Source: Candidatus Omnitrophota bacterium
GTDB lineage: Bacteria > Omnitrophota > Gorgyraeia > Gygaellales > JAMWDD01
Direction of reading: 5' to 3'
Length of the DNA: 64,000 bases
Assembly (NCBI GenBank): GCA_028717645.1
Contig: JAQUNK010000003.1
Span: 13,486-77,485 of the forward strand
Positions 1 to 10,646 of the stretch are shown piece by piece. Positions within the stretch are counted from its first letter, which is position 1; each line of letters starts with the position of its first letter. The notes beneath the pieces are model-generated. The model had not been told where the DNA came from. It did not search any database and saw only the letters and a program-made list of their open reading frames with translations. Position numbers and translations under genes: made by a program.

Positions 1-100
1 TTATCACGACAAAAAAATATGTTATTCCTGCCAATGCTTCAGGCGGGACAAACCCCTTTGCTCCTTTTGGAAGAAGAAGATAGCCTAAAGCCTAAGAATA

Positions 101-2071
101 ATGATCACGGTAAAAGAATTATACAAGACCTATAAGATGGGAGAGGTAGAGGTCAGGGCCTTGCAGGGCGTCTCTCTCAAGATCGCGGCAGGAGAATTCG
201 TCGCGATCATGTGCCCTTCGGGATCCGGTAAATCTACGCTGATGCACGTGCTGGGATTACTAGACAGGCCTGATTCTGGGGAATATTATCTGGGCAGCAA
301 GAGGATCGATAAACTTAGTGATGAAGAATTGTCTGCAGTACGTAATCGCCTTGTTGGTTTTGTTTTTCAGCAGTTCCATCTTTTACCGAGGATCACCGCC
401 TTAGAGAACGCGGAACTCCCTTTGATCTATGCCGGGAAACGCCACTTAAAAGAAAAAGCAAAAGAGAGGATCACGGAGGTGGGCCTTGCCGAGAGGATGA
501 ACCACCGGCCGAATGAACTTTCCGGCGGCCAGCAGCAGCGCGTGGCTATCGCCCGTTCCCTGGTCAATGAACCGCTGATCATCTTTGCCGATGAGCCTAC
601 GGGGAACCTCGATTCAAAAAGCAAAGAGGAGATAATCTCGATCCTAAAAGGCTTGAATGAAAAGGGTAAAACCATCGTCATTGTTACTCATGAAAATGAA
701 ATAGCTGCTCATGCTAAACGCGTCATCCGCATGCTCGACGGAAAAATAGTTTCTGACCAGAAATCCGAAGTCCTATCAGCGCCTGCAAAAGAAAACGAGG
801 CGGATAAAGTAATCGATGTTGTCTTATCCAAGCACGAGAGGAAAGCAAGAGAGATCGAATTCCTGGATTATATGCGCCAGGCCTGGGGCGCGATGATCGC
901 GCATAAAATGCGCTCGTTCTTATCTATCCTCGGCATTTTGATCGGTGTTGCTGCGGTAATTGCTATGCTTGCTTTAGGCACCGGTGCCAAAGAGTCCATC
1001 GAGAAACAGTTGTCTTCTCTGGGTTCGAACCTGGTTCTTGTGATGCCTGGCTCCTCGCGGATACACGGTGTATCATCAGGAGCAGGAAGTGTCACGCGTT
1101 TTACCTTTCAGGATGTCGTTGCCATTGAAAAGCTCACCGATCTGGTAAAAATGGTGAATGCCTCAGTGAGCGGAAAGGGCCAATTGGTTTATGCGAGCCA
1201 GAACTGGAGTTCTCAGGTGGAAGGGGATGGTGTGAACTATCCTGCGATGCGCGCCGCTACTCCTATCCTGGGAAGGTTCTTTACCGAGGAAGAAATAAGG
1301 AGAAGAGATAAGGTGGCGGTCTTGGGGATGACCGTGGTAAAAGAGCTCTTCGGCGATATGAACCCTATCGGTGAAACCATAAAAATAAATCTGATCAATT
1401 TTAAAGTTATCGGAATACTGCCGGTAAAAGGAGCGACGGGGTTTCACGACCAGGATGATATAGTGATCATTCCGGTCACTACCGCGATGTTCAGGGTTTT
1501 CGGAAAAGAATATCTTGATTCGATTTCCGTAGAGGCGAATACCCCCGCAGATATCCAGGAAACACAGGATGCCATAACTAAGATCATCATAAAACAACAC
1601 CGCCTGATCACTAAGGATGAGCAGGATTCTTTCCAAACCCGCAATATGGCTGACATCAAAAATACCCTGGAAACTACTACCAAGACGATGTCGTTATTGC
1701 TGGGCGCGATCGCCGCCATATCGCTTTTGGTAGGAGGTATAGGTATTATGAATATCATGCTTGTTTCCGTGACCGAGCGCACCAGAGAGATAGGCCTGCG
1801 TAAAGCAATAGGGGCGACAAATAAAGATATTATGGCGCAGTTTCTGGTTGAGGCCATATTGATGTCTTTTCTCGGAGGGGTCACCGGCATATTGCTGGGC
1901 AGTGGCATATCCGTGTTGATCACACTTATTGCCGGATGGACAGTAAAGATCTCTTCGTCTTCGATAATTCTGGCTACAGGGTTTTCTTTGGTCGTGGGTA
2001 TTATTTTCGGGCTATGGCCCGCGCAAAAAGCATCGCGGCTTGACCCCATTGAGGCATTGCGCTATGAGTGA
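101..2071 (+). CDS. macB: MacB-type ABC transporter, fused ATP-binding domain plus FtsX-like permease
   Basis: N-terminal Walker A GSGKST, ABC signature [10 protein letters not shown] and Walker B IIFADEPT. The C-terminal half has four predicted TM segments and a large periplasmic loop. Length 656 aa matches MacB. Confidence 0.85.
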   Translation: MITVKELYKTYKMGEVEVRALQGVSLKIAAGEFVAIMCPSGSGKSTLMHVLGLLDRPDSGEYYLGSKRIDKLSDEELSAVRNRLVGFVFQQFHLLPRITALENAELPLIYAGKRHLKEKAKERITEVGLAERMNHRPNELSGGQQQRVAIARSLVNEPLIIFADEPTGNLDSKSKEEIISILKGLNEKGKTIVIVTHENEIAAHAKRVIRMLDGKIVSDQKSEVLSAPAKENEADKVIDVVLSKHERKAREIEFLDYMRQAWGAMIAHKMRSFLSILGILIGVAAVIAMLALGTGAKESIEKQLSSLGSNLVLVMPGSSRIHGVSSGAGSVTRFTFQDVVAIEKLTDLVKMVNASVSGKGQLVYASQNWSSQVEGDGVNYPAMRAATPILGRFFTEEEIRRRDKVAVLGMTVVKELFGDMNPIGETIKINLINFKVIGILPVKGATGFHDQDDIVIIPVTTAMFRVFGKEYLDSISVEANTPADIQETQDAITKIIIKQHRLITKDEQDSFQTRNMADIKNTLETTTKTMSLLLGAIAAISLLVGGIGIMNIMLVSVTERTREIGLRKAIGATNKDIMAQFLVEAILMSFLGGVTGILLGSGISVLITLIAGWTVKISSSSIILATGFSLVVGIIFGLWPAQKASRLDPIEALRYE

Positions 2072-2134
2072 TATCCCATCCCTCGCGGCCAAAATAATCT
2101 TGCCAGAGCGGGGTATTCCGTATATAATTGCCGT

Positions 2135-2776
2135 ATGTATAATTTACATTGCCATTCATTGTTAAGCGACGGGGCATTGCTTCCGTCGGAGATCTGCCGC
2201 AGGTTCGAGGCAAAGGGCTACAAGGTAATTGCCATTACCGACCACGCGGATATTTCGAATATCAAGCGCGTAGTCAGTGAGATCGTGGAATTTTCCAGGG
2301 CTTGGCCGAAGAACCGCATTAAAGTCTTTCCCGGGATCGAATTGACCCATATACCGCCGGAACAATTCAAGCCCTTGGTCAAGTACGCCCGGGCACATGG
2401 CATAAAGATCGTTATCGGCCACGGCGAGACCGTAATTGAACCGGTAGTTAAAGGCACGAACCGTAAGGCCATTGAGGCAGGAGTGGATATCCTGGCGCAT
2501 CCCGGATTGATCCTGGCTGAAGACGTAAAATTGGCCAAGAAAAATGGCGTGTTTCTAGAGCTGACCAGCCGCCGCGGCCATAGCCGGACCAATGAACACG
2601 TAGTGAGGCAGGCATTGAAGTGCGGGGCGGGGCTGATCCTGAATATGGATGCCCATCTACCGGAAGATATTATTACTCCGGCTGAGCTCAGAAGGATCGG
2701 CCTGGATGCCGGTTTGAGCGCTGAGCAGGTAGAAAAGATCTATAAAGAAGAAGCTAAGTTTATCCGCAGCCTCTAA
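2135..2776 (+). CDS. PHP-domain metal-dependent phosphoesterase
   Basis: The N-terminus is NLHCHSLLSDG (the HxH motif typical of PHP/histidinol-phosphatase-like phosphoesterases). A THxxD-like motif follows as ITDHADI. Length 213 aa. Confidence 0.55.
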   Translation: MYNLHCHSLLSDGALLPSEICRRFEAKGYKVIAITDHADISNIKRVVSEIVEFSRAWPKNRIKVFPGIELTHIPPEQFKPLVKYARAHGIKIVIGHGETVIEPVVKGTNRKAIEAGVDILAHPGLILAEDVKLAKKNGVFLELTSRRGHSRTNEHVVRQALKCGAGLILNMDAHLPEDIITPAELRRIGLDAGLSAEQVEKIYKEEAKFIRSL

Positions 2777-2820
2777 ACCTACCGTATCTTGCAATAAACT
2801 CTCTAAACTTTTTTAAGGGA

Positions 2821-4245
2821 TTATTTGTTTTCGATAAAGGTGCGTTTGAGGGAATCCTTGAGCCTGCCTCTTTTTTGTTCCTTGATCAGGACGCGCGCGA
2901 CGAGGCGGGGGGAGGTGAAGATGAGCGCTACCGCTTCTTTAAAGGTAAAGAATTTTACGACAAAAATGTTTTTCCAGAAGATCTTCAGGTACCGGGACGG
3001 GGTGTAAAAAGAGAACTTTATGCGTTTACCGATTTTTTTAAGCGCTGCGTGGCTGAATGTATCGGAGTAAAGTTCTCCGCGCTCGGTGATATGGTAACCC
3101 GGGGTCTTTTCAGCCAGTTCTCTTAAAGGCGAGAATTTTTCTATCCTCAGTTTATTGCAGCTGATCGAATCGACGCCGATCTCTTTGGCGAACTGCCCTA
3201 TATAAAGCATTTCTTTTTCCGTCTCGCCGATATTTCCGTAAATAAAATATCCATTATAGAAAATAGGGTATTTCCTTAAGACCGCGAATGCTTCCCGGAT
3301 CGTTTTTTGGTCAAAACCCTTATTCAATTGCTTGAGTATCCAGTCGTGCGGGGATTCTATCCCGAGTAAAAGCGCTTTGAATCCTGCCTTGACCATTTTT
3401 TCCAGTAATTGAGGGTATTTGGCGATGTCGATCCTGGCCTGCGCGATAAAGCGTTTTTTAATTTTACGCGCAATGATCAGGTCGCAGATCTTTTCCGCCC
3501 GCTTAGGCTCGGTAAAGAGATTGTCGTCGCTGAACATAATTACGCCTGCCTCAAGGCCCTGGATCTCATTGACCACGGATTCGACGTTACGTGCGGCATA
3601 ATCTCTTTTTTGGCCGAGGGGATTAAGGCTGAAGGTGCAGAATTTACAGTTAAAAGGGCAGCCGCGTGCGCTTAATACGGCGTCAAAAGTTATATTCGCC
3701 ATTTGTATGCCGTTTACCGAAAGGGCGTATTTATTGCGCCTGAGCGAGCGGTCAGGCGGGTTTAAAGTGTCTACATTGGGGAATGGCCGGTTCGGATTAT
3801 GGATGATCCGGCCATTTTCCTGATAAGAAATGCCTAAAATGTTCTTAAGGGGGCTACCCTGGAGTATTTCCCTGATCGTTTCTTCGCCTTCGCCTCTTAC
3901 GATAATACTTACGTTGGGGCAGGCCTGGAAAAATTCGTTTACCTTTTCCGTGGCGGTATATCCGCCGAGTATCTGGGGGATATGTGCCGGCATACGGTTG
4001 AGCAGTTGGCAGATCTCTTCGAATTGCCTGTCCCAGCCTATACCTACGCAGACGACATCGACCTCTTTCCTGATAAAATCCAGGAGGTCCTCGATATCAG
4101 CCAGTTCCTTTTCATAGCGTAAGTCAAGCAGGGTGATCTTATCCACCAGGCCTTTGGCGCTTGTGGCCACATATTCCAGGCCGATCGGCGGGAAAAGCAT
4201 CATGGTGTTAGTGGAAGTCTTTTCGATGTAGGGGTTAAGGAACAA
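2821..4245 (-). CDS. B12-binding-domain radical SAM protein (class B)
   Basis: CPFNCKFC matches the CxxxCxxC radical SAM cluster motif. The N-terminal region resembles a cobalamin-binding Rossmann-like domain. The annotated start is TTG at 4245; an alternative ATG lies at 4203. Confidence 0.75.
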   Translation of the reverse strand: MFLNPYIEKTSTNTMMLFPPIGLEYVATSAKGLVDKITLLDLRYEKELADIEDLLDFIRKEVDVVCVGIGWDRQFEEICQLLNRMPAHIPQILGGYTATEKVNEFFQACPNVSIIVRGEGEETIREILQGSPLKNILGISYQENGRIIHNPNRPFPNVDTLNPPDRSLRRNKYALSVNGIQMANITFDAVLSARGCPFNCKFCTFSLNPLGQKRDYAARNVESVVNEIQGLEAGVIMFSDDNLFTEPKRAEKICDLIIARKIKKRFIAQARIDIAKYPQLLEKMVKAGFKALLLGIESPHDWILKQLNKGFDQKTIREAFAVLRKYPIFYNGYFIYGNIGETEKEMLYIGQFAKEIGVDSISCNKLRIEKFSPLRELAEKTPGYHITERGELYSDTFSHAALKKIGKRIKFSFYTPSRYLKIFWKNIFVVKFFTFKEAVALIFTSPRLVARVLIKEQKRGRLKDSLKRTFIENK

Positions 4246-4378
4246 CGCGTGTTTATATTTGATTTTGGCCTCATTTGCGCCTGAGCGCGGTTATTTATAT
4301 TGCATTACTCTACCATAAATAAAGATTTAAGCAAGAGAAAAATCCAAAACTTGGGCTAAAAAACCGCCATTTATTATC

Positions 4379-4407
4379 TTGACTATAAAACTATTCTATG
4401 TTATCAT
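4379..4407 (+). promoter_or_regulatory. candidate sigma70-type promoter for rplU (TTGACT, 17 nt spacer, TATCAT)
   Basis: TTGACT at 4379-4384, a 17-nt spacer, then TATCAT at 4402-4407. A strong SD (GGAAGGAGAG) precedes the ATG at 4445. The site sits in an AT-rich divergent intergenic region. Confidence 0.3.
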
Positions 4408-4444
4408 AATCACCTCAATTTTTATAAAGGAAGGAGAGAAGTAA

Positions 4445-4768
4445 ATGTATGCAATAATTGAAGTTGGAGCAAAACAATACGTAGTAAAAAAGGACGATGT
4501 CCTTACTGTGGAAAGGCTTACCGAGGCAGAGGGCAAAGATGCTACCTTAAGCAAGGTGCTTTTGCTTTCCAAAGACAAAAAAGTAGAGGTCGGCCAGCCC
4601 TATCTTAAGGGTGTCAAGGTAAAGGTCCATGTCTTAAGGCACTTAAGGGGAGAAAAGATAGTTTCCTATAAGTACCGCCGGAGAAAGTCTTCGCATTGGA
4701 CAAAAGGCCATCGCCAGAATCTGAGTGAAATCAAGATCAAGGATTTCGAGGCCCATACGACGGAATGA
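4445..4768 (+). CDS. rplU: 50S ribosomal protein L21
   Basis: MYAIIEVGAKQYVVKKDDVLTVE is the classic L21 N-terminus. The protein is 107 aa and a strong SD lies upstream. Confidence 0.9.
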   Translation: MYAIIEVGAKQYVVKKDDVLTVERLTEAEGKDATLSKVLLLSKDKKVEVGQPYLKGVKVKVHVLRHLRGEKIVSYKYRRRKSSHWTKGHRQNLSEIKIKDFEAHTTE

Positions 4769-4787
4769 CGTCACGGCTTGCCAGCGC

Positions 4788-5741
4788 ATGTTCATCGATC
4801 ATGTAGAAATTCTTTTAAAGGCCGGCGACGGCGGAAAGGGCTGCCGCAGCTTTTACCGCGACAAGTATAAGCGCGATGGTTCTCCCGACGGAGGAGACGG
4901 CGGTAAGGGTGCGGATATCGTCATTTTGGCGGATAAGAGCCTTTACACGCTTTATGACTTTAAGTTCAAGCACGAATTCCGCGCACATCACGGCGGCCAT
5001 GGTTCTTCAAAAGGGAAAAAAGGCGCCGTCGGGCCGGATGTGATCATCCGCGTCCCTGTAGGGACCGTAGTCATTGATAAGGAAACCGGCGCTAAATTAA
5101 GGGATCTGGATACTGAAGGCGCAGCGCTTGTCGCTGCCCGTGGTGGAAAAGGCGGTTTAGGTAATCGGCATAAATCCGAAGCGACTTTAGGTGAACCGGG
5201 CGAAGAAAGAGCGGTTATCCTGGACCTAAGGGTTATTGCCGACGTGGGCATCATTGGTTTCCCTAATTCCGGAAAGTCCACCTTGATCTCAGCGGTTTCC
5301 AATGCGCATCCTAAAATAGCCAGCTATCCTTTTACCACCAAATCTCCGATTTTAGGCGTGGTAAACAGAGATGAGCGGGTTTTTGTCCTCGCGGATATAC
5401 CGGGCCTGATCGAGGGTTCTGCGCAAGGCAAGGGCCTGGGCGATAAATTTCTGCGGCATATAGAAAGGACGCGGCTGCTTTTGCACGTACTTGATATGGC
5501 TGGGGTCGACGGCAGGGATCCACTGCAGGATTATAAAGTGATCAACCAGGAGCTAAAATTTTACAGCCGCGAGGTTGCAGTAAAACATCAGATCATCGTG
5601 GCCAATAAAATGGACCTGGAAGGCGCAAAAGAAAATCTGGAGAGATTTAAAAAAGCGATACGGAAAAAAGTTTATCCTATTTCGGCCTTGAATAAAGAAG
5701 GCCTGGAGGAATTACTTGGAGCAATCGAGAAAAAAATATAA
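4788..5741 (+). CDS. obg: GTPase Obg/CgtA
   Basis: The Obg fold N-terminus MFIDHVEILLKAGDGGKGC is present. The GTPase motifs are GFPNSGKST (G1), DIPGLIEG (G3) and NKMD (G4). The start was chosen at the conserved MFIDxV. The ORF track extends upstream to a GTG at 4725, which would overlap rplU. Confidence 0.88.
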   Translation: MFIDHVEILLKAGDGGKGCRSFYRDKYKRDGSPDGGDGGKGADIVILADKSLYTLYDFKFKHEFRAHHGGHGSSKGKKGAVGPDVIIRVPVGTVVIDKETGAKLRDLDTEGAALVAARGGKGGLGNRHKSEATLGEPGEERAVILDLRVIADVGIIGFPNSGKSTLISAVSNAHPKIASYPFTTKSPILGVVNRDERVFVLADIPGLIEGSAQGKGLGDKFLRHIERTRLLLHVLDMAGVDGRDPLQDYKVINQELKFYSREVAVKHQIIVANKMDLEGAKENLERFKKAIRKKVYPISALNKEGLEELLGAIEKKI

Positions 5742-6798
5742 GCGGGTCGTAATCAAGATAGGCAGCAGCATTCTTTGCGCCGACGGCGTCAATTGGGATA
5801 AAGACGTACTGAATAATATTGCCGAGCAGGTCGCCCAATTGATCAGGGAAAGATGCGAGGTGGTGATCGTTTCTTCTGGAGCGATTGCTTCAGGGATGCA
5901 TGTGCTGGGGTTAAAAACACGTCCAAAAGAATTGCCCCAGCTGCAGGCAGCTGCGAGTCTTGGGCAAAACCTTCTGATGGATGCTTATGGCCAGGCATTC
6001 AGGAAGAACAAGATTCATCCTGCGCAGATCCTCCTGACTTCGGAAGATCTGGATGTCCGTAAACGCTATATAAATGCGAAAAATACCTTATTGGAATTAT
6101 TGAAGATGGGGAATGTTGTGCCTATCATCAACGAAAACGATACTATTTCTACCGAAGAGATAAAATTCGGCGATAATGACCGGCTTTCTGCCCGGGTAGC
6201 CGGATTGATCTCGGCAGATATCCTGATCATCCTTTCGGATGTAGACGGGCTCTGGGATGAAAAGAAAGAAACCATCAGGCTGGTAGCTAAGATCGACGCG
6301 AAGATAAAATCTTTGGCTTGCCCTACGGATAAAAAGGCCTGCGTGGGCGGGATGATCACAAAGTTAGAAGCAGCAGAGATGGCTGTAAATTCAGGCACAC
6401 TCTGTGTAATCACTAACGGAAGAAAGAAAAATATTATTTTATCCGTGTTGGAAAGCCCAGAAACGCAGGGCACTATGTTTTTGTCCAAGCATAGCCTTAG
6501 CGAGAGAGAGCGTTGGATCGCCCATACCAAACCGAAAGGGAAAATATTTATTGATGACGGCGCAAAAGAAGCGATCTTAAAGAATCATCGTAGCCTCTTG
6601 GCGCCCGGCATCGTTAATGTAGAGGGTGATTTTAAGGTTGGAGACCCAATAAAAATTGTTGATAAAGACGGCGTTTTTATCGCGAGCGCGACGGCAAGTG
6701 CGGCGAGCGTGGAGATGCTGCAAGTGATGGGGAGGAAACACCCTAAAGAGATGGCCCATCGCGATAATATGGTTATTGTAATTACAGGAGAAGATTAA
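5716..6798 (+). CDS. proB: glutamate 5-kinase with C-terminal PUA domain
   Basis: KRVVIKIGSS is the amino-acid-kinase N-terminus. The protein is 360 aa with a PUA-like C-terminal region. TTG start is preceded by GGAGGA at 5705-5710. It overlaps the obg 3' end. Confidence 0.88.
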   Translation: MEQSRKKYKRVVIKIGSSILCADGVNWDKDVLNNIAEQVAQLIRERCEVVIVSSGAIASGMHVLGLKTRPKELPQLQAAASLGQNLLMDAYGQAFRKNKIHPAQILLTSEDLDVRKRYINAKNTLLELLKMGNVVPIINENDTISTEEIKFGDNDRLSARVAGLISADILIILSDVDGLWDEKKETIRLVAKIDAKIKSLACPTDKKACVGGMITKLEAAEMAVNSGTLCVITNGRKKNIILSVLESPETQGTMFLSKHSLSERERWIAHTKPKGKIFIDDGAKEAILKNHRSLLAPGIVNVEGDFKVGDPIKIVDKDGVFIASATASAASVEMLQVMGRKHPKEMAHRDNMVIVITGED

Positions 6799-8055
6799 GT
6801 GGCCTTGAATACTGAACTCGTGCATATTGCCCAAAAGGCGCAAAAAGCAGCGCGCAGGATGTCCGAGGTTTCTTCTGACCTGAAGAATCGTGTCCTGGTC
6901 GAGATGGCGCGTTCTCTTTTAAAAGAAAAGAGGCTGATATTGGAAGAGAACGGAAAAGATCTGGCCTCAGTCAAAAAGAAGGGTTTGCCTCAGGCGATGA
7001 TAGAAAGGCTTTGCCTTGACGATAGGCGCATAAAAGGAATGGCTGATTCGCTTTTTGAGATCTCAAAATTAAACGATCCCGTAGGAGAAGAGATCAAGGC
7101 CTGGAAAAGGCCGAACGGCCTGATGATCCATAAAGTAAGGGTGCCCATCGGTGCGATCCTGATCATTTATGAGTCCCGCCCTAATGTTACTTCTGATTGT
7201 ATCGGCTTGTGTTTAAAATCCGGAAATGCGGTGATCTTACGCGGCGGCAGCGAGGCCTTGAGGTCAAACCTGGCCATCTATCGTATTTTGGAAAAAGTAG
7301 CCAGAAAATATAAACTGCCTGAAGGTTTGATCAGCATAGTGGATACTACGGATCGCGCGGCAGTAAATCTACTTTTAAAAATGAACGATCACATTGACCT
7401 GGTCATTCCCCGCGGCGGAGAAGGCTTGATCCGGGAAGTAACAAAGAATTCTTCCATACCGGTGATCAAGCATTATAAAGGTATTTGCCACGTCTATGTG
7501 GATGAAGCGGCGAACTTGAATATGGCCGAAGAGATCTGTTTTAATGCCAAGGTCCAACGGCCCGGCGTATGCAACGCTATGGAAACTTTGCTGGTGCATA
7601 AGGACGTTGCGGTCAGGTTCCTGCCGCATATGGCCAAAAGATTCAAGGAGGCAGGGGTCGAACTCCGCGGTTGTCCCATAACGCGCAGGATCTTGAAGGG
7701 AATTAAGAAAGCGACGGAAAAAGACTGGGTCACGGAATATCTGGGTCTGATACTTTCTATCCGGGTAGTGGAAAGCCTGGGCGAGGCCATAGAGCATATC
7801 AACGATTACGGTTCGCATCACTCCGATACAATAGTTACAGATGATTATAGTAATGCCATGCGATTTTTAAACCTGGTGGATTCTGCCTGCGTCTATGTGA
7901 ACGCCTCTACGCGTTTTACCGACGGCTATCAATTCGGCATGGGCGCTGAAATAGGTATTAGTACCGATAAATTGCATGCCCGCGGCCCGATGGCACTGGA
8001 AGAACTGACCACGTATAAATATATGATATTCGGAGAAGGGCAGATCAGGAAATGA
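6799..8055 (+). CDS. proA: gamma-glutamyl phosphate reductase
   Basis: Aldehyde-dehydrogenase-family protein of 418 aa placed immediately after proB. GTG start with AGGAG 8 nt upstream. Confidence 0.88.
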   Translation: MALNTELVHIAQKAQKAARRMSEVSSDLKNRVLVEMARSLLKEKRLILEENGKDLASVKKKGLPQAMIERLCLDDRRIKGMADSLFEISKLNDPVGEEIKAWKRPNGLMIHKVRVPIGAILIIYESRPNVTSDCIGLCLKSGNAVILRGGSEALRSNLAIYRILEKVARKYKLPEGLISIVDTTDRAAVNLLLKMNDHIDLVIPRGGEGLIREVTKNSSIPVIKHYKGICHVYVDEAANLNMAEEICFNAKVQRPGVCNAMETLLVHKDVAVRFLPHMAKRFKEAGVELRGCPITRRILKGIKKATEKDWVTEYLGLILSIRVVESLGEAIEHINDYGSHHSDTIVTDDYSNAMRFLNLVDSACVYVNASTRFTDGYQFGMGAEIGISTDKLHARGPMALEELTTYKYMIFGEGQIRK

Positions 8056-8618
8056 AAATAGGCATATTAGGCGGAACGTTCAATCCCATACACATCGGGC
8101 ATTTGATCCTGGCTGAACAGGTCCAGGAGAAGTTATCTTTGGATAAAATAATTTTCGTGCCGACGAGCCTGCCTCCGCACAAGGAAAACGGCGATATCGC
8201 CCCTGCACTGGAACGCGTGAAGATGCTTGAGCTGGCTATTCAGGGCAGCAAGAAGTTCGATATTTCCGACATTGAGGTAAAAAGAGGCGGCCGTTCCTAT
8301 ACAGTGGATACTTTAAAACAGATGCGCAAAATTTTTAAAAAGGACGAGCTTTATTTTATTACCGGTTCGGACCTTTTAAGGTATCTCGGAGAATGGAAAG
8401 ATATTTGGGACGTTTTTGCCATTGCCAAATTTGTGGTCGCTACCAGGCCAGGGTATCCCCTGGAAAACCTGCCTAAACAGATCATCATGGTCCCGATCAA
8501 CGCTTTGGATATTTCCGCATTCGCGATCAGAGAAAAGATAAAAGAAGGGAAGTCCATTAAATATATCGTGCCGGAAAAAGTAATTGATTACATCAAGAAG
8601 AAAGGCTTGTATAAATGA
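8052..8618 (+). CDS. nadD: nicotinate-nucleotide adenylyltransferase
   Basis: GILGGTFNPIHIGHL contains the (H/T)xGH nucleotidyltransferase motif. Length 188 aa. ATGA overlap with proA. Confidence 0.85.
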   Translation: MKIGILGGTFNPIHIGHLILAEQVQEKLSLDKIIFVPTSLPPHKENGDIAPALERVKMLELAIQGSKKFDISDIEVKRGGRSYTVDTLKQMRKIFKKDELYFITGSDLLRYLGEWKDIWDVFAIAKFVVATRPGYPLENLPKQIIMVPINALDISAFAIREKIKEGKSIKYIVPEKVIDYIKKKGLYK

Positions 8619-9250
8619 AAACACTAGTTGCCGCTTCTATTTTATCCGCAGACTTTGCCCATCTGGCAGAGGAGATCAAGCGGGTAGAAAGGGCAGGTTG
8701 TGACCTGATCCACGTAGACGTGATGGACGGGCACTTCGTGCCTAATATTACCATCGGCCCTTGCGTGGTCAGGGATATCCGGCAGGTGGCAAGGCTGCCT
8801 TTGGATGTGCATCTGATGATCGAGAATCCGGAAAAATATACTGCATTTTTTGTAAAGGCAGGCAGCGATATGCTTACTTTGCACGCAGAGACAATTTCTC
8901 ACCCTGCTTTTAAAAAACAGAAGAAAATACTAGGCAGGATAAAATTAGGTATTTCTTTAAACCCGGGTACGCCTTTTAAAAAGATCATTCCTTACTTGGA
9001 TACGGCGGATTTCGTCCTGGTAATGAGTGTTAATCCCGGTTTCGGCGGGCAGGAATTCATTCCTTCTGTGCTGCCTAAGATAAAAAAGATAAGAGAAATT
9101 TTTCGCGGGGATATTTCGGTTGACGGCGGGATGAACGAGAAGACCGCGGGCCTGGTAAAAACAGCCGGCGCAAACATCATCGCCGCGGGCAGTTTTATTT
9201 TTAAATCAAAAAATTACAAACAGTCAATAGAAAGGATAAGACATGCATGA
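8615..9250 (+). CDS. rpe: ribulose-phosphate 3-epimerase
   Basis: SILSADFAHLAEEI...DVMDGHFVPNITIGP is the canonical RPE N-terminal motif. Length 211 aa. Confidence 0.9.
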   Translation: MKTLVAASILSADFAHLAEEIKRVERAGCDLIHVDVMDGHFVPNITIGPCVVRDIRQVARLPLDVHLMIENPEKYTAFFVKAGSDMLTLHAETISHPAFKKQKKILGRIKLGISLNPGTPFKKIIPYLDTADFVLVMSVNPGFGGQEFIPSVLPKIKKIREIFRGDISVDGGMNEKTAGLVKTAGANIIAAGSFIFKSKNYKQSIERIRHA

Positions 9251-10646
9251 AATAAGGTTCGGTACGGACGGCTGGAGAGGGATCATCAGCGATGACTTTA
9301 CTTTTGAGAATGTCGCCAGGGTCGCACAGGCCATAGCGGATTATTACAAAAAAACAAAACCCAATGAGCGCCTTAAGTTTGTCGTGGGTTTTGATACGCG
9401 TTTCTTGTCGGACAAATATGCAGAGTTAGTGAGCAAGGTATTATCCGCGAACGGCATCGAGGTCTTACTTTCGGACAGGCCTGTTCCTACGCCAGTAGTG
9501 AGCTTGACGGCTGAAAAAAGAAAATTAAGCGGCGGCGTAATGATCACTGCATCGCATAATCCGGCTGCGTATAACGGAATAAAGATCAAGACCGGCCTGG
9601 GCCAGGCAGCGGGCGTAGAAATCACCAGGAGCGTTGAAGGGTTGATCAAAGTTTATGATCCTGAGGTAATTTCCCGGGCTAACCTGAACCTGATCAAAAA
9701 AGAGGACCTGACGCGTGATTTTGTAAAATTCCTGCGTTCTTACGTGGACCTTAAGAAATTAAAGAATGCCAAGTACAGGGTTCTGGTTGATGCTATGCAT
9801 GGCAGCGGAGATAAATTTTTCGCCGAGGTCCTTAAGGGCACGAAAATAAAATTAGAATTTACCCGTTCCGATATTAATCCTTCATTCGAGGGTTTAAGGC
9901 CGGAACCGATAGTCGAGAACCTCCAGGCCACGATAGCAAAGATGAAAAAAGAAAAATTCGACCTTTGCCTGGTTTTAGACGGTGACGCCGACAGGATCGC
10001 TGCCATCGGCCCGGGTGGGGAATATATCCCGCCGCAAAAAATCCTGGGGTTGTTATACCTGCATTTATTCGAGGACAGGGGTTTTACCGGAGGATTGGTC
10101 AAGACCATTTGCGGTACGACGATGATCGACCATATCGCCAGGAAAAAAGGCATCAAACTTTATGAAACTCCCGTAGGATTCAAATATATCTCGGACCTGA
10201 TGGTGCGTGAAGATGTCTTGGTCGGCGGAGAAGAAGCCGGCGGGATGGGTTTTAAGAATTATGTACCCGAGCGTGACGGCACGCTTGCCGGGTTGCTCTT
10301 ATTGGAAATGATGGTTTATCGCAAAAAAGCCATGCTTTCTATTTTAAAAGAAGTAGAAAAGGCTTACGGCCAGTATTATTATTTGCGCGAAGACTTAAAG
10401 GTAAAAAGCGCGGTCAAATTGGATATGGATGGCTTGAAGTCTTTAAAAGAAATCCTGGGGCGAAAGGTGGTCCAGATAAAGGACTATGACGGGATAAAAT
10501 TCATCCTGGATGATGAATCATGGCTGATGTTGCGTGCTTCAGGGACCGAGCCCCTGGTGCGCATTTACGCGGAAAATAAGGATATTGCTAAAACAAAGAA
10601 ATATCTCGATTTCGGAAAAGAGCTGATCTCCCGTTATGCTTTATAG
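9243..10646 (+). CDS. phosphoglucomutase/phosphomannomutase family protein
   Basis: TASHNPAAYNGIK is the active-site phosphoserine loop. DGDADR is the metal-binding loop. Length 467 aa. A plausible ManB/PMM for the GDP-mannose route. Confidence 0.82.
   Translation: MHEIRFGTDGWRGIISDDFTFENVARVAQAIADYYKKTKPNERLKFVVGFDTRFLSDKYAELVSKVLSANGIEVLLSDRPVPTPVVSLTAEKRKLSGGVMITASHNPAAYNGIKIKTGLGQAAGVEITRSVEGLIKVYDPEVISRANLNLIKKEDLTRDFVKFLRSYVDLKKLKNAKYRVLVDAMHGSGDKFFAEVLKGTKIKLEFTRSDINPSFEGLRPEPIVENLQATIAKMKKEKFDLCLVLDGDADRIAAIGPGGEYIPPQKILGLLYLHLFEDRGFTGGLVKTICGTTMIDHIARKKGIKLYETPVGFKYISDLMVREDVLVGGEEAGGMGFKNYVPERDGTLAGLLLLEMMVYRKKAMLSILKEVEKAYGQYYYLREDLKVKSAVKLDMDGLKSLKEILGRKVVQIKDYDGIKFILDDESWLMLRASGTEPLVRIYAENKDIAKTKKYLDFGKELISRYAL

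Noticed and set aside
1-100. Possible 3' end of an upstream gene (a MacA-like adaptor?) running into the window start
   Set aside because: The open frame is too short and has no recognisable motif. It cannot be supported from about 100 nt.
1444-2049. 201-aa minus-strand ORF inside macB, plus other minus-strand ORFs such as 427..681, 868..1095 and 1163..1636
   Set aside because: Entirely antisense to a well-supported MacB coding region. No homology-like motifs. Typical shadow ORFs.
5853-6062. 69-aa + strand ORF in an alternative frame inside proB
   Set aside because: Fully nested in the proB coding region in another frame. The Arg/Gly-rich translation is typical of an off-frame reading of GC-richer coding DNA.
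7375-7821. 148-aa and 102-aa minus-strand ORFs within proA
   Set aside because: Antisense to the conserved aldehyde-dehydrogenase-fold ProA. No independent signals.
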